Below, piece by piece: positions 9,019 to 18,905 of a stretch of DNA of 62,388 nt. Origin of the DNA: Sphingobacteriia bacterium (lineage in GTDB: Bacteria > Bacteroidota > Bacteroidia > NS11-12g > UBA955). The first letter of the stretch is position 1; each line of letters begins with the position of its first letter. A program made the position numbers and the translations under genes. Below the pieces are notes generated by a model that was not told where the DNA came from, made no database searches, and saw nothing but the letters and a program-made list of their open reading frames with translations. The stretch spans positions 1 to 62,388 of the forward strand of contig JAGKXC010000003.1 in assembly GCA_021151535.1 (NCBI GenBank), given 5' to 3'.

Positions 9019-10062
9019 CTATTTAGAGAAGGTTGAAGAATGATTTTTTGCAAATGGGGTTTCTGCCAACGAGCTGAAATTACCCGCTTCTAACAAATGA
9101 TAACCTGCCATTGCAATCATCGCTGCGTTATCTGTACAGTATTGAAATTCAGGAATATAGGCGGGTAATTTCCGGTTGTTGCCAACCGCTAAGAATTTCA
9201 TTCTTAGCTCGCCGTTGGCAGAAACCCCACCAGCCATGCCGATACTTTTGGGTTGCCTCAATTTGATGGCTTTTTTCAATCGCTTCATCAAACTTTCTAC
9301 AATCTGAAATTGGTAGGACGCGCAAATATTGGCCATTTCTGTTTCAATAAAATTAACATCTTCTGCGCTTCTTTTTCTTAAAAAATACAACAGCGAAGTT
9401 TTGATTCCTGAAAAACTAAAATCCAACCCCTCAGTTTGTGAATCGGGAAATTCAAATGCTTGTGGATTGCCTTGTTGCGCCAAACGATCTACATGGGGTC
9501 CGCCAGGGTATGGCAATCCCAAAATTTTAGCGCCTTTGTCAAATGCTTCACCAGCCGCATCATCAATGGTGGTACCAATAATCTCCATTTGTGAAAGTGA
9601 TTCCACCCAAACTAATTGCGTATGTCCGCCGCTCACCAATAAAGCCAACATCGGCAATTCAATTAATGGATTCTCAATGAATAATGCGGCGATATGGGCT
9701 TGTAAATGATTGATGCCCACGTATGGGATGTTTTTGGCAATGGAAAGACCCTTCGCCAATTGAAATCCTACTTGCAACGAACCCATCAATCCGGGGCCTT
9801 GGGTTACTGCAATTCCGGTAACTTCATCTATGGTAATTTCTGCTTGTTTTAAAGCCTCAGAAATCACAGGAATGATATTGCTTTGATGCGCTCTGGAAGC
9901 CAATTCTGGCACCACTCCGCCATACTGTTCATGGATTTTTTGACCCGCAGTAATGTTGGCAAGAATTTTGCCATTTTGCATCACAGCGGCAGCCGTGTCA
10001 TCGCAGCTGCTTTCAATGCCCAAAATAATGGAATGGGATATGTCTTGTGTATTGGTTGGCAA
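9019..10062 (-). CDS. tsaD: tRNA N6-adenosine threonylcarbamoyltransferase TsaD
   Basis: ILGIESSCDDTAAA, YGGVVPELASRAH, HLQAH, LLVSGGHT, DDAAGEAFDK, GGVSAN, YCTDNAAMIA. Confidence 0.97.
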   Translation of the reverse strand: MPTNTQDISHSIILGIESSCDDTAAAVMQNGKILANITAGQKIHEQYGGVVPELASRAHQSNIIPVISEALKQAEITIDEVTGIAVTQGPGLMGSLQVGFQLAKGLSIAKNIPYVGINHLQAHIAALFIENPLIELPMLALLVSGGHTQLVWVESLSQMEIIGTTIDDAAGEAFDKGAKILGLPYPGGPHVDRLAQQGNPQAFEFPDSQTEGLDFSFSGIKTSLLYFLRKRSAEDVNFIETEMANICASYQFQIVESLMKRLKKAIKLRQPKSIGMAGGVSANGELRMKFLAVGNNRKLPAYIPEFQYCTDNAAMIAMAGYHLLEAGNFSSLAETPFAKNHSSTFSK

Positions 10063-10085
10063 GGATGGATATTAAATTTGATGAA

Positions 10086-13000
10086 TTGACAAAACGGCGC
10101 ACAAAATTAAGGAAGTTTCTGCTTCTTACATTGCTTTCGTTCCTGCTACTTTCAGGAATGCTGGCTGTGCTTACCCGTAACCAAATCATTCAAAATTACC
10201 TAGCACAGAAAGTTGCTACTTACCTTAGCAAGGAGTTAAAGACCAAAGTATCTGTGGGTTACGTATCCATAGACTTCCTTAGAACCTTTCATATTGAAAA
10301 CTTGCAAATGCAAGATTTACAGAAAGATACGCTTGTTTCTTGGGGTGTATTGGAAGCGCGACTGGGCGATTTTTACTGGACCCGAAAGAAGATCAAATTA
10401 GATTATGTTTCTCTGGTTAACTTCCAGTTGAAAATCGGTCAATATACACGTGGTGGAGATTTGAATCATCAGTTCCTTTTAGACTATTTTGCTTCCACTG
10501 ATACTACTACTTCTACCTCTAAGCCATTCTCGATTGATATCCTGAAGTTGAACTTAAAGGATTCGCGGTTTGTTTACTTTTATCAACAAAAAAAATCCAA
10601 CTACGTTGAATTCGATCCAGATTATATCGATTTTCAGCACATCAATTTAGAATTGGATTCGGTTTACATCGATCAAAAATCTTTGCTTCGAGGAAAAATA
10701 AATCACATCGCCCTAAAAGAAAGATCGGGATTAACAATTACAAAGGGAATTGCGGATTTGGATATCACCAATGATTACATCGACCTGAATAACATGACGT
10801 TTTTTACCAAGGAAAGTATTTTGGGGAAACGGGTAAAATTGATGTTTAAATCGTGGCGTGATTTTAATGATGTTGAAAATAAGGTAAAATGGCTGTTTGA
10901 TCTACAAAAATCCAAGATTCAATTGGAGGAGTTAGTTGCATTTCATCCATGGTTTGAAGGGCGAAAGGCACATTTTTATGTTACCGGAAAGGCGCAAGGC
11001 ACTTTGGGGCATTTAACATCGCCCGATGTTTGGATTCAAGGGGTGGAAACACAAACTTGGTTGCATGGTGCATTAGACTTGAAGAGTTTGGTAAACTTAA
11101 ATCAGTTTAGTTACCAATACCATCTCAATCCTTCTGTAGCGGATATGCAGGATGTGCGGGATGTTGTAGTAGAATTGGATTCGGTGGCAAGGGTAGATTA
11201 TTTGAGCAATGTGAGTTTGAGTGGAACGGTTGGTGGAACATTGAATACAGCAGATTTTAAGGGCTCCATTGCTAATAATGTTGCGGCTTATGACGGAGAT
11301 TTGTTTTTCGATTTTACCCATGGAATCGATAGTTTGGATTATACCATTTTGGGCGGGTTATCGCAGTTCCAATTACAAGAATTGGGTCAGGATTTAACCC
11401 ATTTTTGGATAGAACGGGGCGATTTGGATATTTCTGGATTGGGCTACGATCCGGAAACGATGAATCTCAGTGCCGTGTTGATGTTGCATCGCTATGGAAT
11501 GCAACAGCGAAAGAATACGAATTTGGCGTTGCGATTGGATATTGCCAAGAATCAATTGGAATATGAAGTAGAATCAAAAGACAACCGTTTTGACGCCAAT
11601 GCGGTGGGAATGATTGAGGAATATGCCACCAATCCTCATGTTAGGGGAAGTGCTACGGTAAATCAATTGGTGCTTGATAACATTGGTTTGGACTCGCTTC
11701 CCATGCAATGCAGAGCGGTAGTAGATTTTGATTGGTTGGGGTCTGATTTGCAAAACTCCACATTTTATTTCACGATGGATGATGCGGTGTTTGACTATGA
11801 TGGATCTCGTTATTTCTGCCGAACCCAAGATGTGCAGCACAATGGGCAAGTGGGATGGGTTTTTCAGGGCGATTGGTTACAAGGAAATATTACCAAAGGG
11901 TTTGATTTAAACGAAACTGAAGGCTTAGTAAATACATTGTTGCACAATTATTTTCCTCAAGATTTTGAAAGGCCTTTGGCAATGGCTAATCAAGATTTTG
12001 AGTTCAATTTGCAATTGGTACAAACCAGCTGGATTCCTATATTTTTCTTGAAAGACATAGATTTGGGATTGGTGAATTTGATAGGTTCGGTGAATACTTC
12101 TCAGCAAAAAATAGATTTGGAGTTGGGGCCTTTAGATGTTCGATTCAATGGATTAAAAAGTGATCAAATGCGGGTTTCCTTGCATACACAGGCCGGTGAG
12201 CAAGGGGTCATGAATATTCGCATAGGCAAAATGCAAGCAGGCAAAACGGTGTACGACCAGTTTGAGGTTTTTGGGCGATTGGATCAAGGGAAAATTGATT
12301 TAAAGATGGCAGTTCACGATCAAAAAGACCGCTATCAATTCAATATAAATTCGGCATCAGCAAATAATGAGGACGAGTTGATTACTCATTTTGCCACTTC
12401 TCAAATTCGGGTATTTAATCAGCCGTGGATGGTGGATAAGCAGGCTCAGGTAACTTACAAGAAAGGTAAGAAATGGGATGTGAATCAATTTATGTTGGCA
12501 GATAAGGATCACTATATTGAAGTGAAGGGTGTGCTATCGAAATCGCTAAGAGATACACTTCATGTGGAATTTGCGAACGTGACGCCTGAGATTTTATCGC
12601 CCTTTTTCCCAGAAAAAACATTTGATAGTTTGCAGTTTAATGCAACGGCAGATTTTGATGTAGCAGCGGCATTGGGCGATAGGGTTTTTATTGGAAATTG
12701 CGGATTGAACAATATCAAATATTACGGGTATAATTTTGGTAGTTTGGATGTGGATTTGCGCGATGCGGGCAAGGAAGGATTGTTAGGATTGGCGGCCAGG
12801 GGTAGGAAAGGGCCGATAAAAGGAATAGCCTTGTTGGGATCAGTGGATTTGCTGAATCAGGGGCATTATTTGGATATGTACATGGACATTCCCAACCGCA
12901 CTACTGCCATGATTTTACAGCCATTTTTGGCCGGTGCCGTTACTATTCAGAAAGGTTTTTTGGGAGGTGTGGTGAATATTCAGGGAGAGATTGAAGACTT

Positions 13001-14552
13001 AAAAATCGATGGTGAGATTGAGGCCAAGGATATTGCTTTGGGCGTAGATTACTTGAAAACGGTTTACTTGTTTTCGGCTTCGTTTGATGTGAATTCTCAG
13101 GGAGTTTTTTCAAAGAAAACCATACAATTAATGGGCAAAGAGGGTAAGAGTTCTGCCTATGGAACTCTCGCTTTTACCTATCCCAATTTTAAAAACATGG
13201 GATTGGACATTCAAATTTCAGATGCCAAAAATTTACGTGTTTTAGAAACTACAGAAAAAGACAATTCTTTGTTTTATGGCAGTGCAAGGGCTAGTGGTAA
13301 TTGCCGGATTTATGGACCCTTGGATAAGATTAATATCAAAGCGGATTTAACGCCAGAGAAAAATTCAAAGGTGAGTATTTTGTATCCCACATTGAGTGAA
13401 AATACCTTGTACAGCGATATTGTTTTTCGAAATCATTTCGGGGAAGTAGTAAAGAAAGATTCTGTTGTGGAAGCAGCTTCGGAAGAAGTTGAATCCAGTA
13501 TTTTGGGCAATATTGAAATTATTGTACATGCCAATGACAACTTGGAAACGGAGTTTGTAATCGATAGAAAATTGGGGGATGTTATATCAGGGCGGGGCGA
13601 TGGCGACATTCGGATGTTGTACGACGAAGAAGAGCGATTCTTCCTTTATGGAAAATACCGTGTTAGCACCGGTGAATATCAGTTTTCTTTGCCTGGAATT
13701 AATTTAACCAAAAAGATGACATTGGATAATGGGGGATGGATAAGTTGGACGGGCGATCCTTACAATGCGAATGTGTCACTCACAGGTAAAATTGAAAAGC
13801 GTATTTCGCCGGCGCAGTTGATGACAACCATGGGGGGAGGTTCTACAAATTATCCCCCAACTTTGATTGTGAGCATGTTACAGCTAACCGGGAATTTGAT
13901 GCGGCCAAATATCGCATTTGATATTTCTGCGCCGGAATTGATGACCAGTGGAGGTAGTAATAGTGAGGTTAATGGGGTGATTCAAAGAATCCGGCAAGAC
14001 AAAGATGAGACAATGCGACAGTCGGTGGCGTTGCTATTGTTTGGTAATTTCCTACCTCCATCATTTTCAAATGCCAATCCCGGCGCCGCCAACGTGTTAA
14101 GCGGAGCGGGTGTTGCGGGGAACAGTGTTTCCAATATTGCTTCCAATGTAATAAACGATTTGTTTTCCAAGGCGGGGGTTCCCACGAGAATACAGGTGAA
14201 CTACGATGATGTAAGAACCAAAAATGGTAGCAGTAACGGTCAGGTTTTTGTGAATAGTGAATGGTTCTTAACAGATAGATTAAGATTGGATGTAAACTTT
14301 GATCCAACTGTTTCGATGGTGGGTTTGGCGATGCCGTTAAACTTCAATTTGGAATATAAAACGAACAATGAAAATTGGCGTGTAAGAGCGTTCTCAAGGT
14401 CGAGCAATATGTTGTTACAACAAAGTGGAACTACCACCAACGGGGTATCGGGCAACACTTTAGGGACGGGTTTGGTTTACCGTCGTCAATTTAATTCGTT
14501 TAGACGGAAATCTAGGGATTCCGGCGAAACGGTATCGCCAAGAATTCAATAA
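10086..14552 (+). CDS. tamB: Translocation/assembly module TamB (DUF490/AsmA-like) protein
   Basis: About 1490 aa with an N-terminal TM anchor, a long beta-rich body and a C-terminal GDVISGRGDG...ISWTGDPYNA...GTGLVYRRQFN region. It is divergent from tsaD, as is usual in Bacteroidota. The start is uncertain (10047, 10065 or 10086); TTG 10086 follows a TAAATTTG box. Confidence 0.8.
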   Translation: MTKRRTKLRKFLLLTLLSFLLLSGMLAVLTRNQIIQNYLAQKVATYLSKELKTKVSVGYVSIDFLRTFHIENLQMQDLQKDTLVSWGVLEARLGDFYWTRKKIKLDYVSLVNFQLKIGQYTRGGDLNHQFLLDYFASTDTTTSTSKPFSIDILKLNLKDSRFVYFYQQKKSNYVEFDPDYIDFQHINLELDSVYIDQKSLLRGKINHIALKERSGLTITKGIADLDITNDYIDLNNMTFFTKESILGKRVKLMFKSWRDFNDVENKVKWLFDLQKSKIQLEELVAFHPWFEGRKAHFYVTGKAQGTLGHLTSPDVWIQGVETQTWLHGALDLKSLVNLNQFSYQYHLNPSVADMQDVRDVVVELDSVARVDYLSNVSLSGTVGGTLNTADFKGSIANNVAAYDGDLFFDFTHGIDSLDYTILGGLSQFQLQELGQDLTHFWIERGDLDISGLGYDPETMNLSAVLMLHRYGMQQRKNTNLALRLDIAKNQLEYEVESKDNRFDANAVGMIEEYATNPHVRGSATVNQLVLDNIGLDSLPMQCRAVVDFDWLGSDLQNSTFYFTMDDAVFDYDGSRYFCRTQDVQHNGQVGWVFQGDWLQGNITKGFDLNETEGLVNTLLHNYFPQDFERPLAMANQDFEFNLQLVQTSWIPIFFLKDIDLGLVNLIGSVNTSQQKIDLELGPLDVRFNGLKSDQMRVSLHTQAGEQGVMNIRIGKMQAGKTVYDQFEVFGRLDQGKIDLKMAVHDQKDRYQFNINSASANNEDELITHFATSQIRVFNQPWMVDKQAQVTYKKGKKWDVNQFMLADKDHYIEVKGVLSKSLRDTLHVEFANVTPEILSPFFPEKTFDSLQFNATADFDVAAALGDRVFIGNCGLNNIKYYGYNFGSLDVDLRDAGKEGLLGLAARGRKGPIKGIALLGSVDLLNQGHYLDMYMDIPNRTTAMILQPFLAGAVTIQKGFLGGVVNIQGEIEDLKIDGEIEAKDIALGVDYLKTVYLFSASFDVNSQGVFSKKTIQLMGKEGKSSAYGTLAFTYPNFKNMGLDIQISDAKNLRVLETTEKDNSLFYGSARASGNCRIYGPLDKINIKADLTPEKNSKVSILYPTLSENTLYSDIVFRNHFGEVVKKDSVVEAASEEVESSILGNIEIIVHANDNLETEFVIDRKLGDVISGRGDGDIRMLYDEEERFFLYGKYRVSTGEYQFSLPGINLTKKMTLDNGGWISWTGDPYNANVSLTGKIEKRISPAQLMTTMGGGSTNYPPTLIVSMLQLTGNLMRPNIAFDISAPELMTSGGSNSEVNGVIQRIRQDKDETMRQSVALLLFGNFLPPSFSNANPGAANVLSGAGVAGNSVSNIASNVINDLFSKAGVPTRIQVNYDDVRTKNGSSNGQVFVNSEWFLTDRLRLDVNFDPTVSMVGLAMPLNFNLEYKTNNENWRVRAFSRSSNMLLQQSGTTTNGVSGNTLGTGLVYRRQFNSFRRKSRDSGETVSPRIQ

Positions 14553-14570
14553 GCGAGTAAATTTGTAAAA

Positions 14571-15836
14571 ATGCGCATTGGGATATTTTTGCTGGAGACG
14601 TTAAAGAGCAGTTTGCAATCGTTGCAGCAGAATAAATTGCGCAGTGTATTGTCTGTTTTGGGCATTACCATTGGTATTTATTGCATCATTGCGGTGTATG
14701 CTTTGGTTCATTCGATGGAGATAAATATCAATAAGCAGTTTGATAAATTTGGAACGGATGTGGTGTTTGTGCAGAAGTGGCCTTGGGATCAATTTGGCGA
14801 GAATTATCCATGGTGGAAATACTTAGGAAGGCCTGTGAGTTCGCCAGAGGAAGCCAAGTTTTTGCGGGAGAAATTGCCTTTGAATAAAGCGGAGAAAGTT
14901 GCCTATGCAATGGGTAAAGAGGAGAAGGTTACTGGGGGTGGAAATACCCTAACCGGTACGCGAGTTATGGCTATTAGTGAAGATTATATTGCCATACAGG
15001 ATGTGCAAGTGGAGGCTGGGCGATTGTTTACTGACGTAGAAATAAAAAGTGGTAAGCCGGTGGCAGTGGTGGGATATACCGTTGCGAGAAATTTATTTGG
15101 TAATAATGCCATTGGTAAGCAAATTCGGGTAGGTTCTGCCAATTGTGTGATTGTGGGGGTGTGTGAGCAAGAGGGTACAAGTATTATCAATAATTCTAAG
15201 GATAATCAAGTATTTATTCCATTGAAGTTGGGGTTGGGCATGTATTCTTATCGGGATAATGAAGACGCACAGGTTCAGATTAAGGCAGCGCAAGGAGTGA
15301 GTTTAGACGATTTGAGTGTAGAGGTCAATGCTTTGATGAGGAGGGTGAGGAAGATAAAGTTAGGAAAGGAGCCCAATTATGCGGTGAACAGGATGACGAT
15401 GATTACATCGGCTGTGAGTGAATTGTTTTCGCAGGTAAAGAACATTGGTTTTGTGATTGGTGGTTTTGCAATGTTGGTGGGATGTTTTGGCGTGGCGAAT
15501 ATCATGTTTGTAAGTGTGAAAGAAAGAACGCGGGAAATTGGCATTCAAAAAGCATTGGGCGCACCTGGTATTTTTATTCAATTCCAGTTTTTGTTGGAGT
15601 CGATTTGGTTGAGTTTGTTGGGTGGAATTATTGGGATGATATTGGTTTGGCTCACATTTCAGGGGATGAACTTTGCATTAAAAACTATGATGGATGGCGG
15701 TGTGGTTTTGGTGCTTTCACCTTCTGATACATATTTGGGTTTATGGGTGAGTGGAATTGTGGGTGTTTTGGCTGGATTTATTCCCGCTACACAAGCGGCA
15801 AGGTTAAATCCTGTTGAGGCGATGCGTGCGAAATAA
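14571..15836 (+). CDS. ABC transporter permease, MacB/FtsX family
   Basis: NKLRSVLSVLGITIG, GVANIMFVSVKERTREIGIQKALGA, QFLLES, PATQAARLNPVEAMR. Confidence 0.92.
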   Translation: MRIGIFLLETLKSSLQSLQQNKLRSVLSVLGITIGIYCIIAVYALVHSMEININKQFDKFGTDVVFVQKWPWDQFGENYPWWKYLGRPVSSPEEAKFLREKLPLNKAEKVAYAMGKEEKVTGGGNTLTGTRVMAISEDYIAIQDVQVEAGRLFTDVEIKSGKPVAVVGYTVARNLFGNNAIGKQIRVGSANCVIVGVCEQEGTSIINNSKDNQVFIPLKLGLGMYSYRDNEDAQVQIKAAQGVSLDDLSVEVNALMRRVRKIKLGKEPNYAVNRMTMITSAVSELFSQVKNIGFVIGGFAMLVGCFGVANIMFVSVKERTREIGIQKALGAPGIFIQFQFLLESIWLSLLGGIIGMILVWLTFQGMNFALKTMMDGGVVLVLSPSDTYLGLWVSGIVGVLAGFIPATQAARLNPVEAMRAK

Positions 15837-15997
15837 AAACCACCCAATTAACATCCTTTAACTATTTATTTGTTAGGTATTTGAAGGCAATTGAATATGA
15901 TATTCGTATTCAATTTAATTAAAAAACTCCATTTTTATGAAAATGAAGTTTGTTGAAACAATTTTATTGCCTACTTCCTCGTAAATTTGAATATTGT

Positions 15998-18253
15998 ATG
16001 TTTTTAGGTTTGATTAAATATTATTTTAAAAGGGTATTTGTTTTTTGCATTTTTGCTATTGTTTGTTCTGTTTCACTGATTGCTCAAATCAAGCAAGATT
16101 CTGCGAAATTGGAATTGAAAGATAGCGCTTCAGTGGAGCGGATGGATGGTGTTGATATTAAGGTATCGGGCTCATTGATTGAGAGTAAGGCAGATAGGTT
16201 GGTGTATAATGCGGCGCAAGATATTACGGCGAAGGCCGCATCAGCGAGTGAGTTATTGGCAAAAGTACCGATGGTGGATGTGGATATAGATGGTAATGTA
16301 TCGATAAGAGGAAGTCAGAATTTGAAGGTATTAATTAATGGCAGGCCTTCGGGAATGATGGCAGGGAATGTTGCCGACGCGTTGAAGAGTTTGCCTGCGG
16401 CAAGTATTGATAAAATTGAAGTAATTACCAATCCATCTGTAAAATATGATGCTGAAGGAACTGCCGGGATTATTAATATTATTTTAAAGGATGTAAAAAT
16501 CAAGGGTACAACATCGAACTATACTGCGGGTGTCGGCACACGCAGTGCTAATTTTAGCGCAGATGTTTCGCATCAAAATGGGAAAACAGGGATTACGGGG
16601 CGTTTTGGAGGCCATTTTTGGCGCAGCTGGGGCGATGGTAGAACTACACGAACAAACAAAATTGGTGGGTTAGAATATTTGTTGAAGCAGAATAATTCTG
16701 TTGTTAATTTGGGTGGAGGTCCGCGGTTGTCTTTATCGGTTGATCATCAAATTAATAAAACAAGTGCTTTGTCATTTACAGCTACGGGAAGAACGCATTT
16801 TAGAAATTCCAACAATGATTTCACAACCCAAACAGGAATTTCCACCGCACCGTTGAATTTTTTATGGATGCAAGCAATTGACAATCTTACTACAGGTATG
16901 GGATTGGATTTAAATGTAGATTATCGGAAGAATTTCAAGAAACCCAACCGTGAATTGGGGATTTCTGCACAGTACACTTGGAACGCAGACAATACCGATT
17001 ACAATATGCATCGATTTGATAGTTTGAATCATGAGATACGCTACGAATCAAGTAGGAATATCGGGTTGAACAAAGAGTTAACCATGCAGTTGGATTATAC
17101 CGAGCCATTTACATCCAAGTTGAGTTTAGAAACCGGTGCAAAGGGAATTTTAAGAAGGGTGGGTTCGCAATACAACTTCGACTCAATGAATTATTCTGCC
17201 AATCAATTGGCGAGTATAGATTATCGCTCCAATCAGTTTGATTATTACCAAAATGTATTTGGGGGTTATGCCCAAATGGGGTATTTACAAAGTGACAAAT
17301 GGAGTTATAAGTTGGGAATTAGGGCAGAGCATACACAGTTTGGTGGTGTTTTATATCGCCCGAAAGAAGATAAATATACGGGTAAATCGTACTTTAACTT
17401 GATCCCTTATTTTAATGCCAATTGGAACTACAATAAAACCTCATTTTTAAGATTTACATATACCCAAAGAATACAAAGGCCAAGTTTATTTTTCTTAAAT
17501 CCGTACACTAATTATTCAGATCCGTTGAACATTAGTACCGGAAATCCCAAGTTAACTGCTGAGGTGAGCAACAATATGGAACTTTCGTGGGGTAATTATG
17601 GTAAAAAAGGCGGTGGCGGAGCGAATGTTTATTATAGGGCAATCGATAATGCAATCGAAACCATCAGAACCGTTGGAGCTGATCGCGTTTATCGCACAAC
17701 TTATGGGAATGTGGGGGTCAATCACACTTTGGGAATGGACGTGAATGCGAATTTAAAGACCGATAAATATACATTGAATTTTAACGGTGGATTGGGTTTG
17801 GTAGATATTCGAAGTTCAATTGATACAGGATCTATTGCGGGATTGCATAACAGAGGAATTACCTATAATGCAGGATTGCGCGGTACATTTAATATGAAAA
17901 ATCGTTGGCAAATGGAGTTGATGGGGCGATTTAATGCACCAACAATTTCAATGCAAGGTTATGCCATGAGTTGGTTCTTCCACATGGTTGGTTTTAAAAA
18001 GCGATTTATGAACGACAAAGGGGGATTGGGTTTTGGATTAGATAATCCATTTAGTCCTAAAATTGATATTATCACCAAAATGACGGGTAAGGATTTTACA
18101 TTTACCTCTGTTCAACGTTTGAATATGTGGGGGATCCGTGTGAATTTTGATTACAAATTTGGCGCTATGGCTGTGGATAAGCCTAAAACGGTAAAGAGAA
18201 AACTGCAAAATGATGATTTGAAAAAGGCAGAAGGCGAAGGTGGGATGCAGTAA
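15998..18253 (+). CDS. TonB-dependent receptor / outer-membrane beta-barrel family protein
   Basis: Plug motifs ELLAKVPMVDVD, LINGRPS, IDKIEVITNPSVKYDAEGTAGIINIILK; barrel region RIQRPSLFFLNP...GNPKL. ATG 15998 follows a TAAATTTG box. Confidence 0.88.
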   Translation: MFLGLIKYYFKRVFVFCIFAIVCSVSLIAQIKQDSAKLELKDSASVERMDGVDIKVSGSLIESKADRLVYNAAQDITAKAASASELLAKVPMVDVDIDGNVSIRGSQNLKVLINGRPSGMMAGNVADALKSLPAASIDKIEVITNPSVKYDAEGTAGIINIILKDVKIKGTTSNYTAGVGTRSANFSADVSHQNGKTGITGRFGGHFWRSWGDGRTTRTNKIGGLEYLLKQNNSVVNLGGGPRLSLSVDHQINKTSALSFTATGRTHFRNSNNDFTTQTGISTAPLNFLWMQAIDNLTTGMGLDLNVDYRKNFKKPNRELGISAQYTWNADNTDYNMHRFDSLNHEIRYESSRNIGLNKELTMQLDYTEPFTSKLSLETGAKGILRRVGSQYNFDSMNYSANQLASIDYRSNQFDYYQNVFGGYAQMGYLQSDKWSYKLGIRAEHTQFGGVLYRPKEDKYTGKSYFNLIPYFNANWNYNKTSFLRFTYTQRIQRPSLFFLNPYTNYSDPLNISTGNPKLTAEVSNNMELSWGNYGKKGGGGANVYYRAIDNAIETIRTVGADRVYRTTYGNVGVNHTLGMDVNANLKTDKYTLNFNGGLGLVDIRSSIDTGSIAGLHNRGITYNAGLRGTFNMKNRWQMELMGRFNAPTISMQGYAMSWFFHMVGFKKRFMNDKGGLGFGLDNPFSPKIDIITKMTGKDFTFTSVQRLNMWGIRVNFDYKFGAMAVDKPKTVKRKLQNDDLKKAEGEGGMQ

Positions 18254-18332
18254 TGTATAATGTGGCTAGCTGAGCTTTAGCCGTCTGTAAACGTATATAA
18301 CCGAATAGTTCGTTATTCGTTGATAACATTGC

Positions 18333-18363
18333 TTGACATAGGTTATTCAGCCTATTAAATTTG
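18333..18363 (+). promoter_or_regulatory. Bacteroidota primary-sigma promoter (-33 TTG / -7 TAAATTTG)
   Basis: TTG-N20-TAAATTTG, 5 nt before ATG 18369. Confidence 0.6.
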
Positions 18364-18368
18364 TGGCT

Positions 18369-18800
18369 ATGGAAATGTCCGGAACCGTTATTCAAATTTT
18401 ACCAAAGCAAACAGGTACAAATAAAGCAGGCAATACTTGGGAGAAACAAGATTTTGTAATTCAAACAGGGGGAGCATATCCCAAAAAATTGTGTTTTGCG
18501 GTTTGGGGCGATAAAATTGCGAAATTTCAAATTAAAGAAGGTGAAGAAATTACTGTTTCTTTTGACGTTGAAAGTCGTGAATACATGGGTAAATATTATA
18601 CCGATGTAAAAGCTTGGAATGTAACAAAAGGTGGCGCTGCTGCTGGTAATCCTGCTGGTGCTGTTACTCAAATGGGTGGGAATCCTGGTTTCGGTGGAGA
18701 TGCTGGAAACAACCCATTTGGAGGTGATGCGATGGGTGGCGATTTCGCTTCTGCAGGTTCTGAGATGGGAACTTCAGAAGTAGATGATTTGCCATTTTAA
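18369..18800 (+). CDS. DUF3127 family protein (OB-fold-like) with a Gly-rich tail ending DDLPF
   Basis: MEMSGTVIQILP...WEKQDFVI...YPKKLCFAVWGDK...VSFDVESREYMGKYYTDVKAW. Confidence 0.85.
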   Translation: MEMSGTVIQILPKQTGTNKAGNTWEKQDFVIQTGGAYPKKLCFAVWGDKIAKFQIKEGEEITVSFDVESREYMGKYYTDVKAWNVTKGGAAAGNPAGAVTQMGGNPGFGGDAGNNPFGGDAMGGDFASAGSEMGTSEVDDLPF

Positions 18801-18841
18801 TCGAAAAATGTCTTAAATATTTGTCACTTAGGGGTCATGTC

Positions 18842-18873
18842 TTTGCACGGCAGACAACGATTCCTTAACTTGC
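18842..18873 (+). promoter_or_regulatory. Bacteroidota primary-sigma promoter
   Basis: TTTG-N20-TAACTTGC upstream of the CDS at 18906. Confidence 0.5.
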
Positions 18874-18905
18874 GTAGTCTTTTTACTTGTTAAAAACGGA
18901 CTGCG

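Noticed and set aside
10047-10062. Apparent head-to-head overlap of tsaD and tamB
   Set aside because: It disappears when tamB starts at 10065 or 10086.
14571-15836. ABC permease with no ATPase gene
   Set aside because: Orphan MacB-like permeases are routine in Bacteroidota.
18254-18330. Two small hairpins (GGCTA..TAGCC; CGAATA..TATTCG) suggesting an sRNA or riboswitch
   Set aside because: The stems are short, there is no U-tract, and I recognise no family consensus.
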